A stretch of DNA of 64,000 nucleotides from Bifidobacterium breve (GTDB taxonomy: Bacteria; Actinomycetota; Actinomycetes; Nanopelagicales; Nanopelagicaceae), in NCBI GenBank assembly GCA_945885625.1, contig CAMCYS010000005.1, forward strand, positions 3,410 through 67,409, in the 5' to 3' direction. Shown piece after piece: positions 49,921 to 57,340 of the stretch. Made by a program: the position numbers and the translations under genes. Under the pieces are notes generated by a model. The model worked only from the letters and a program-made list of their open reading frames with translations. It had not been told where the DNA came from and ran no database searches. Numbering within the stretch: the stretch's first letter is position 1; every line of letters begins with the position of its first letter.

Positions 49921-50760
49921 TTATTTGCTCCATCGCAAAAAGTCACTGCCGCTTGTACATGAGATTAGTGCTCTGCAGAAGACACCGGGCTTTTTAAATC
50001 CAATGCTTATAAAGTCACCATTCTTATCAACAATCGGTGCCCAAGAATCTCGAGAGTTTCCACCGATCCAAATATTTGCGATTTCTTCATCGAAATCTGG
50101 ATTTATATTCGCCAGAGTTCCGGTTCCGACTGAGCCTTCAGGCAATGAATTTTGTACGCCCCTGGTGTAAGTCATTAAGAAAGAGCCACGCTCAGGAGCA
50201 GTTAGAGTCGGACGTAGATAATTTACAGTTGAGATGGTCATTATCATTGCTAGATTGTTTTCTCTATCAATATCCCAAACATATCCGCCAAAATTTTTGC
50301 CATTTTGAGTTACAGGCACTGACTCATTTAAACAATTACCGAGACCGTAAGAGGCGGTCACAACCACGCCTTTATATCCTTTTTTCTTAGCGTCTGCACT
50401 CAAGGTCACATCAATTCCTGTCGCAGTGACACTATTTCCATCACACTCAACTGCATACGTTGCAGCTTCCACTTTTGGCAAAACTGCTGCGACAAGAGAT
50501 TCAACTGATGAAGCTGACCCCGAAGCGCCCGAAGAACTTTGCTTTTGTCCACCAATTAAAAGTTTTGTCTCGGTCGAAGCACACTTAAGTGAGGCTGGGT
50601 AGGTAACGACTTTTGTCTTTTTATTTACACAGAGTACGTAACCAGTTTCCGGCGTATTGGAGGCATCTAAAGCTATCGCCGTTGTTGAAACAAGCATGAT
50701 GCTTAAGACCAGAGTTGCCACTGCGGACTTAACTGTTATGCGCTGATTTCCAAGGTTCAT
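49921..50760 (-). CDS. Secreted trypsin-like-fold protein, apparently catalytically inactive
   Basis: Signal peptide; spacing resembles S1 proteases, but VTASY / NNLA / RDSWAP replace TxxH / xDLA / GxSGGP. Confidence 0.55.
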   Translation of the reverse strand: MNLGNQRITVKSAVATLVLSIMLVSTTAIALDASNTPETGYVLCVNKKTKVVTYPASLKCASTETKLLIGGQKQSSSGASGSASSVESLVAAVLPKVEAATYAVECDGNSVTATGIDVTLSADAKKKGYKGVVVTASYGLGNCLNESVPVTQNGKNFGGYVWDIDRENNLAMIMTISTVNYLRPTLTAPERGSFLMTYTRGVQNSLPEGSVGTGTLANINPDFDEEIANIWIGGNSRDSWAPIVDKNGDFISIGFKKPGVFCRALISCTSGSDFLRWSK

Positions 50761-50815
50761 GGTGGAAATTTACACCGCACATTGAGGTGTGACAAATATT
50801 GTCTCCTCGTAAGAC

Positions 50816-51751
50816 GTGACAAATAGTCGGATATTCGTAATTCTTATCCGCGTGCGAGCAACTTTATTTGGAGCCTACTCACCTTGGTTGCTGCCTATCG
50901 CTTTTTACCTGCTTGCTCGCTGGAAACCAAGCCGCCAATACATCAGTTACTTCGTGTCGGCAGTTGCCGCATTGCTTTTTGTAGATCTCGTTGTAAACCC
51001 ACAAATATTCAAAGATACCTTCCTTCAAGAGAGCCTTTTTCATGGCTCTTGGTTTAATCCCAATGTCGCATCAGTTGCATTAGCTATCTTTACTTTCTTG
51101 ATTCCCGCGACATTAACACTTGAGTTATCAGCACAACAGTCAGTAACTATTTCATCGCGCTATCTAGATCTTCTAGTTCTAGTAGCCATAATTCTGTCAG
51201 CCTCAATTATCGGACTCTTTGTTTTCTTACTCTCTTTGTCTTCGCGATATCGGCAAATTCTGCTCAGTAATAGGGCCTACGGCGTGACGGCATTGTTAGT
51301 GACTACAACTTTTGTTTACTTAAATTTAGACCACATATCTAAGTCAATAGAGGTGCGGCTAAGCATTTGGCGTAGTGCGATTAGAATGTTGGAGAGTAAC
51401 TTTCTTTTTGGGATTGGCCCGGGAAACTTCAAGCACTTCTTTCTTGAGTACCGCGAGAATAAGCTGACAATTTTGAAGAATAAGGACTTAATTCAAGTAG
51501 ACCCTCATAACCTTATTCTAAACTCACTCTTAAGTTTTGGTTTTCTTGCGACACTTTCTTTGACTCTCTTAGTTATCTACTTCTTGGCGCGTCAGCTTAA
51601 AACTTATCGAAGTGATTTTTCATTAGCAATATTACTTTTCACATTCTTTGCCCAAGCTATGATCAATGTAAATAGCGTATTTGTGAATTCTATTTTCGCA
51701 TTCACATATGTTCTTTTGAAATATAGAAGCGATCAACCAACATCTATCTAA
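50816..51751 (+). CDS. O-antigen ligase / Wzy_C-family membrane protein
   Basis: Multi-TM; RLSIWRSAIRM...FLFGIGPGNF and DPHNLIL..L..FG motifs; start uncertain. Confidence 0.7.
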   Translation: MTNSRIFVILIRVRATLFGAYSPWLLPIAFYLLARWKPSRQYISYFVSAVAALLFVDLVVNPQIFKDTFLQESLFHGSWFNPNVASVALAIFTFLIPATLTLELSAQQSVTISSRYLDLLVLVAIILSASIIGLFVFLLSLSSRYRQILLSNRAYGVTALLVTTTFVYLNLDHISKSIEVRLSIWRSAIRMLESNFLFGIGPGNFKHFFLEYRENKLTILKNKDLIQVDPHNLILNSLLSFGFLATLSLTLLVIYFLARQLKTYRSDFSLAILLFTFFAQAMINVNSVFVNSIFAFTYVLLKYRSDQPTSI

Positions 51752-51795
51752 CAGGAAAAAGCCAAAATAGCCGCGATAACGGCGACTCTGGGTAA
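51727..51795 (+). pseudogene. 5'-truncated relic of the small peptide gene at 56442-56552
   Basis: Frame KRSTNIYLTGKSQNSRDNGDSG* has no start codon; aligns with YLAKKRQSRRSNGDSG* including synonymous differences. Confidence 0.6.
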
Positions 51796-51915
51796 AACTG
51801 GAGCCCAACACAAGAACCCCTCAGGAATTTCTTCTTGAGGGGTTCTTTTCATTACGAATAAGAACGATCACACAATAGTTTGTAAAGATGGTTGTGCGTT
51901 TCGTAGAACTACTTT
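51770..51915 (-). repeat. Copy A of a dispersed element (inverted relative to copy B)
   Basis: Reverse complement aligns with 56321-56467; about 80 bp nearly identical, plus four spaced conserved boxes. Confidence 0.9.
51812..51849. terminator. Bidirectional intrinsic terminator (part of copy A)
   Basis: AAGAACCCCTCAGGAA / TTCTTGAGGGGTTCTTTT. Confidence 0.85.
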
Positions 51916-51944
51916 CTGAATAATGAAATTACTTTAAGCAACTT

Positions 51945-53561
51945 TTACTTAGCGTGCCTCTTGAAGACAAAATCCTTGATCATCGTCACTGGGGCATTTG
52001 AGGCACCTGTGACTGTGTAGGAAATTGTGCAAGTGCCAGCTGCGATTGAGCGAACAGTTAGAAGCCCTTCAACTGCGCAAACAGCAGGAGTTGATGAAGT
52101 AGCTGAAGCAGAGAGAACAGCTGAGTTAGGTAGCTTCAAATAAGCACTTTTCGTTGGAACTTTCACGGCCTCAAGCTTATTTAACAAAGCCTTCATGCGA
52201 TCACCTTCGCCATCGACAAATACGTTCTCGTTGATCCAAGCGAATAAATCAGGCATTTGGGTTGCCATTTGGCTAACCCGTGAAATCGTGGCACTTGCCG
52301 AACCTGGTTCAGTAGGCAAAGTGGCACTTGTTTTAAAGGTAATTGACTTTGATTCGCCAACTCCATCTGCGCTAATTGCATATATCGAAACCGTATAAGA
52401 AGTATCAGGTGTTAAATTACGAATACGACCATTCCAGCCACTTGTAAATGCGCCATAGTTATATGGGCCTGGGTAAGCCGAAGCAGGGCCTGTAAATAGA
52501 ACCGCACCAATATTCTGGCCAGCCCATACAATCTTGCCGCCGGTGCCAGTTTCATCATCTACGAATGAAAGTGCTGAAAGCGATGCCACAACTAGCGGTG
52601 TAGTTGTAACCGAATTAGAAGTTGCCACAGCTGAAGTGCCAATTGCATTAGTTGCAGTCACTGCGAATGTATAGGCAGTTCCTGGTAGCAGGCCGTCGAA
52701 AGTAAATGTGCCACCAGTTGCTTGCGTAAGAGTTTTAATTATCCCGCCCGGAGTTGAGGTGGCGGTGTATGAGGTAACGGCAGAGCCACCATTTGAAGCA
52801 GGAGCCCCAAAGCTAACTGTGGCACTTCGTTTACCAGTAGCGGTAGCCACGACACTTGTTGGTGCCGAAGGTGCGCCCACTGTTGTTATTGAATTAGAAG
52901 CACTCGAAGCGGAACCCGTACCAGCTGAGTTAGTAGCTGTCACGGTAAATGTGTAAGAAGTACCAGCAGTTAAACCAGTCATCGCAATAGTGCCACTGCC
53001 AGCCTGCGAGATTGATCCAGTAATTCCGCCAGGAGAAGAAGTTGCGGTGTATGAAGTAATTGTTGCGCCACCGTCAGATGCTGGTGCGGTGAATGCAACA
53101 TTGGCAGTTGTCGCACCTGTTGCAGTTGCACTTACTGATGTTGGTGCACCTGGGGCGGATGCTCCACTCGACGTTGTAATGGAATTAGATGCACTAGAAA
53201 GAGTTGTACCTGCCCAACCACCACCGTAATCCCAAGAAATTGTAACTGTAAACGTATACGAGGTTCCTGGAGTTAAACCAGAAACGCTTATTGTGCCGGT
53301 ACGAGAGGCAGAGATTCCTGCTTGAGTAATGCTCGCTTGAACACCACCTGGAGTGGAAGTTGCCGTGAATGAACTATATGTCGCACCCCAATCCAGATAA
53401 TCAGCCTGCATTACAAATACAACATCGGCAGTTGTAGAACCTGTTGCAGTTGCAGTCACTGAAGTCGGAGGGATTTCGTGACTAGCAATAGCCGACGGAA
53501 CAAAAAGAATTGAGCTAGCAACGACGGATAGGACAGTCAGAATTCGTAGTGACTTTTTCAT
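51945..53561 (-). CDS. Secreted fibronectin type III repeat surface protein
   Basis: Signal peptide; three FN3 repeats (P.APTSV.ATATG..A.V.F.AP...GG..TSYTATS.PGG...GL..GT.YTF.VTATN); S/T/A/G-rich. Confidence 0.85.
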   Translation of the reverse strand: MKKSLRILTVLSVVASSILFVPSAIASHEIPPTSVTATATGSTTADVVFVMQADYLDWGATYSSFTATSTPGGVQASITQAGISASRTGTISVSGLTPGTSYTFTVTISWDYGGGWAGTTLSSASNSITTSSGASAPGAPTSVSATATGATTANVAFTAPASDGGATITSYTATSSPGGITGSISQAGSGTIAMTGLTAGTSYTFTVTATNSAGTGSASSASNSITTVGAPSAPTSVVATATGKRSATVSFGAPASNGGSAVTSYTATSTPGGIIKTLTQATGGTFTFDGLLPGTAYTFAVTATNAIGTSAVATSNSVTTTPLVVASLSALSFVDDETGTGGKIVWAGQNIGAVLFTGPASAYPGPYNYGAFTSGWNGRIRNLTPDTSYTVSIYAISADGVGESKSITFKTSATLPTEPGSASATISRVSQMATQMPDLFAWINENVFVDGEGDRMKALLNKLEAVKVPTKSAYLKLPNSAVLSASATSSTPAVCAVEGLLTVRSIAAGTCTISYTVTGASNAPVTMIKDFVFKRHAK

Positions 53562-53901
53562 AGTTAAATCTCTCCAGTACTACATTTAAAGTTTTCTGCT
53601 ACTCGGACATTGGCGGTCTGCAAATGCAAAACAGGACTTCCCAACTGAGTGGTGTCACTCAGCGAATATTCTTGAAGCCTAAGGGGTTAACCCCGAGATC
53701 TCACCCCGAAAACCCCCATAACGCCTTGATTGAGGGTGATGCCCCACCGCCCGTCGCAACTCAACCCAACCCAAGCCACACCACGACCCATTCCCCCGCC
53801 TGCAACCCCGCACACCCAATCGTTAACTTCTCGTTACCCACACCCGCCCTTTCAGCCTCGCTTACATATCTATTGCGCGCGCTGCTGGCTATTTTTGCCC
53901 C

Positions 53902-56310
53902 ATGAGAAATTCAACGCTTGCCCGCCCATCCGCCCCTACCCGCCAAAGCGCATCGCGCCGCGCACTCGCACTCGTTGCCATCGCTGTAATGGCCGCCGTT
54001 GGGCTGCCTGCAATTGCCACCGCAGCTAACCCAGCCGTCATCACGTTAACCGTTCACTACCAACGCCCTGCTGCTGACTATGAGAATTGGAACTTATGGT
54101 TATGGCGAAACTTAGGCACCGGTACTGATTCTGACGTTAACAAAGACGGCGTTAAGTTCACCGGCGAAGATGATTTCGGAAAAGTTGTTACCGTTGAAAT
54201 CAACAACATGGATAAATATGAAAACGTCGGAATCATTGTTCGTAAAGGTGAATGGGCAGCAAAAGATGTAACTGCCGATCGTTTCATCACGAAGTTTGGC
54301 GCAGATGGCAAAACTGAAATTTGGTTACGCCAAGCTGACCCAGTTATTTACTACGAGAAGCCAACTGGCGAAGTAGTTATTCCGGTTGCAAATAAGCTAG
54401 CAAAACTTTATGACTCACCAGAATTCGCCGCAAAGTACACCTACACCGGCAACGATCTTGGTAACACATACACAAAGACTGAAACCAAGATGCGCGTATG
54501 GGCACCTACTGCCACTGCGGTAAAAGTTGTTACCTACGCAAAAGCCGATAGCGCAAGTGCAGCTGGTGTTGAAACTGCGATGACCCAAGATGTCAACGGA
54601 ACTTGGGTTGCCAGCATTAGTGGTGATCAAGACGGTTTGATTTACAACTACCGAGTCACAGTCGATGGCGTAACCAACGAAGCAGTTGACCCTTATGTTC
54701 GCGCCACCACAATTAATGGTGCGCGCGGAGTTGTGGTAGATCTTGATAAAACCGACCCAGCCAACTGGAAGAAAACTAAGCCAGCATTTAGCGGCAAGAC
54801 TGTCGATGCCGTTATCTATGAACTACATGTGCGCGATTTTTCAATGGATGCCTCCAGCGGAATTCCAGCTGCGCACAAAGGCAAGTTCTTAGCCTTTACT
54901 AACCTAAATACCTCATATAACGGCCAAAAGACCGGCCTTTCAGCGATTAAAGACCTTGGCGTTACTCACGTTGAGTTGCTACCGTTCTTTGATTTCGCAT
55001 CTGTCGATGAAGCTAGCCCAGGCTTTAACTGGGGCTATGACCCACAGAACTACAACGTTCCGGAAGGTTCATATAGCACCGACCCAACCAAGCCAACAGT
55101 GCGCATAACAGAGCTAAAGCAAGCGATTCAAGCGATGCACGATCAGAAGCTGCGCGTGAACATGGACGTTGTTTACAACCACGTTTATAACGCAGGTGCA
55201 TTTAGTCAGGAGTCAATCGTGCCAGGCTACTGGTTCCGCACTGATGAATCTGGCAACTTAACTAATGGCACCGGCGTCGGAAATGACACCGCTTCAGAGC
55301 GCCCAATGGTTCGCAAATTTATTGTTGACTCAGTTAAGTACTGGGCCACTGAATATAACCTCGATGGTTTCCGTTTCGACTTAATGGGTATTCATGATAT
55401 TCAAACCGTTAACGAAGTTACTGCCGCCCTTAAGGCAATTGATCCAACTATCATCGTAATTGCTGAAGGTTGGAACATGGGAACTCTGCCAGATGATCAG
55501 AAAGCAAATCAGCTAAACATTTCAAAGTTAAATAACGTAGCAATGTTTAATGATCAAATTCGCGATGGCTTAAAGGGTTCAGTATTTAACGCAACTGATA
55601 CCGGATGGGCAACTGGCAAGTTAAGCGCAGCTGCTGATATCTATGCCGGCATCGTTGGCAATACTGATTACAGCGCATCATTTTTAACCAAGTGGACAAC
55701 GACAGCCCCTGGGCAATCGGTTAACTATGTTGAGTCCCATGACAACTTGTCATTGGCCGACAAGCTAACTGCCAGCGTTAAGGGAATCAGCCCAGCAGGC
55801 GTTGCGCAGTTGAGCCAGTTCGCAACCTCAGTAGCTTTCTTAGCGCAAGGCGTGCCATTTATGCAGGCCGGCCAAGAGTTCCTACGCTCTAAAAATGGCA
55901 ACGAGAACAGCTACAACGCCGATGATGCAACGAACTCGTTGAAGTGGTCAACCAAAGCTAAATTTGCGGCCACCACCAAGTATTACCAAGGGTTAATCGC
56001 CCTTCGCGCCGCTCACCCAGCTTTCCGCATGAGCACAACGGCTGAAGTTAAGGCGAACCTCAAGTTCCTTAAGACCACTAACGATGTAATCGCATACACG
56101 CTAAACGGCAAAGCTGTTAAAGATAAGGCGAACACAATCGTGGTTATCCATAATCCAAATCCAGGTGCCGCTGTTGTGACACTGCCAAATAAAAAGAAGT
56201 GGTCGGTCGTAGTTAAGGGCGGCGTCGCTGGCACCAAGACACTCGAATCATTCTCGAAAAACAAGGTAAGTGTTGCTGGTCAAACCACCATGGTGCTGAC
56301 TCAGAAATAA
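53902..56310 (+). CDS. pulA: Secreted type I pullulanase (CBM41 + CBM48 + GH13)
   Basis: N-terminal VHYQRP...WNLWLW module; YELHVRDFS, NWGYDPQNY, DVVYNH, GFRFDLMG, AEGW, YVESHD; possible Tat signal SRRAL. Confidence 0.9.
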   Translation: MRNSTLARPSAPTRQSASRRALALVAIAVMAAVGLPAIATAANPAVITLTVHYQRPAADYENWNLWLWRNLGTGTDSDVNKDGVKFTGEDDFGKVVTVEINNMDKYENVGIIVRKGEWAAKDVTADRFITKFGADGKTEIWLRQADPVIYYEKPTGEVVIPVANKLAKLYDSPEFAAKYTYTGNDLGNTYTKTETKMRVWAPTATAVKVVTYAKADSASAAGVETAMTQDVNGTWVASISGDQDGLIYNYRVTVDGVTNEAVDPYVRATTINGARGVVVDLDKTDPANWKKTKPAFSGKTVDAVIYELHVRDFSMDASSGIPAAHKGKFLAFTNLNTSYNGQKTGLSAIKDLGVTHVELLPFFDFASVDEASPGFNWGYDPQNYNVPEGSYSTDPTKPTVRITELKQAIQAMHDQKLRVNMDVVYNHVYNAGAFSQESIVPGYWFRTDESGNLTNGTGVGNDTASERPMVRKFIVDSVKYWATEYNLDGFRFDLMGIHDIQTVNEVTAALKAIDPTIIVIAEGWNMGTLPDDQKANQLNISKLNNVAMFNDQIRDGLKGSVFNATDTGWATGKLSAAADIYAGIVGNTDYSASFLTKWTTTAPGQSVNYVESHDNLSLADKLTASVKGISPAGVAQLSQFATSVAFLAQGVPFMQAGQEFLRSKNGNENSYNADDATNSLKWSTKAKFAATTKYYQGLIALRAAHPAFRMSTTAEVKANLKFLKTTNDVIAYTLNGKAVKDKANTIVVIHNPNPGAAVVTLPNKKKWSVVVKGGVAGTKTLESFSKNKVSVAGQTTMVLTQK

Positions 56311-56320
56311 GTAATTACGC

Positions 56321-56467
56321 AAAGTAGTTTTTCAAAACGCACATCAAATAGTGCAAACCATTGCGCAGTAATACTGATTCGTGATAGAAAGAACCCCTCA
56401 AGAAGTAATTCCTGAGGGGTTCTTTATGTGGGGCTCCAGTTTTACCCAGAGTCGCCGTTACTGCGGC
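56321..56467 (+). repeat. Copy B of the dispersed element
   Basis: Aligns with the reverse complement of 51770-51915. Confidence 0.9.
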
Positions 56468-56483
56468 GACTCTGTCTTTTCTT
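56388..56483 (+). ncRNA. Candidate antisense sRNA (antitoxin-like) overlapping the 3' end of the small ORF
   Basis: Begins with the AGAACCCCTCA hairpin and ends in an 11-bp hairpin CAGAGTCGCCG/CGGCGACTCTG plus TCTTTTCTT. Transcription is not shown. Confidence 0.4.
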
Positions 56484-56552
56484 CGCTAAGTAATCGAAGA
56501 TTGAACGGATTAACGTCACCACAATCTGGGTCCAGTTTGCACTTGGATCCAT
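56442..56552 (-). CDS. 36-aa small peptide (amphipathic helix + basic tail), type I toxin-like
   Basis: GGAGGTG SD 6 nt before ATG; MDPSANWTQIVVTLIRSIFDYLAKKRQSRRSNGDSG*; followed by a terminator; partial paralog at 51727-51795. Confidence 0.65.
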   Translation of the reverse strand: MDPSANWTQIVVTLIRSIFDYLAKKRQSRRSNGDSG

Positions 56553-56828
56553 TGGCATCACCTCCTCTCTATATCGGTTGGGGAACTACCGATATAGAGT
56601 TCGCAACCGCGTTAACGCACTTGCGACAAAGAAGGATCACAACACGTTGGGCAACTTACGCGCGCGACTACAGCGCCCCACCAAAGCCCGATTTACCTGT
56701 GCACTAACCAGTGCCCGCCCCAAACCCGCACGCTCTTCGCAAAGTCATCACAGAGATTCCTAAAGGTCTGCGCCCACTATTTGCCTGTAAGCAAAGGCAC
56801 CAAGCCCGAGCACATAGAAAGGCTGATC

Positions 56829-57215
56829 ATGAAAAACACTCGCACCGCAGTAGCCGCCCTACTAATTGCCGGCTTCGCACTAACTTCAACGACTGCCTCA
56901 TTCGCAGTCGAGACCACTAAGGCCGAACGAGTCGCAGCCCGCGCCGCATTCAAGGCCCAGATGGATGCCTTCAAAGCCGCAGCAGCTGCCCGCCACACAG
57001 CAGCCGATGCTGCACACGCCACCATTGATGCCGCTCGCGCAACCGCTAAGGCTGCCAAAGCTGCTGCCACCACAGCTGATCAGAAAGCAGCCGCCAAGGC
57101 CGCCTTCGAAGCAGCCCGCACCGCAGCAAAGGCAACTGTGCCTGCTAAGCCAGCAAAGCCTGCTAAGCCAGCCATCTTGGTCAAGGCAAAGCCACCTGTA
57201 ACTCCAGGTTCATAA
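56829..57215 (+). CDS. Small secreted Ala/Lys-rich helical protein
   Basis: AGAAAGG RBS, signal peptide ending ASFA, AAKA repeats, PAKPAKPAKP tail; terminator downstream. Confidence 0.75.
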   Translation: MKNTRTAVAALLIAGFALTSTTASFAVETTKAERVAARAAFKAQMDAFKAAAAARHTAADAAHATIDAARATAKAAKAAATTADQKAAAKAAFEAARTAAKATVPAKPAKPAKPAILVKAKPPVTPGS

Positions 57216-57268
57216 TCAATTGCTGAGCGCATAACAGCGCCAGCTACTTTCAATCCTCCTCTAGGGAT

Positions 57269-57309
57269 ACAAAACACCCGCCGTTGATTATCGGCGGGTG
57301 TTTTGTTTT
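57269..57309. terminator. Bidirectional intrinsic terminator
   Basis: ACAAAACACCCGCCG / CGGCGGGTGTTTTGT 15-bp stem between convergent genes. Confidence 0.88.
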
Positions 57310-57340
57310 GCGTAAATAAAAAAGACTTGCAGGATGGGAA

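Noticed and set aside
53624-54029. Pro-rich ORFs 53624-53905 and 53730-54029
   Set aside because: By-products of the C-rich intergenic tract; no RBS or domain support.
56381-56707. 108-aa plus-strand ORF from the track
   Set aside because: Runs through two terminator-like hairpins, has no clear RBS, and is antisense to the SD-supported 36-aa ORF.
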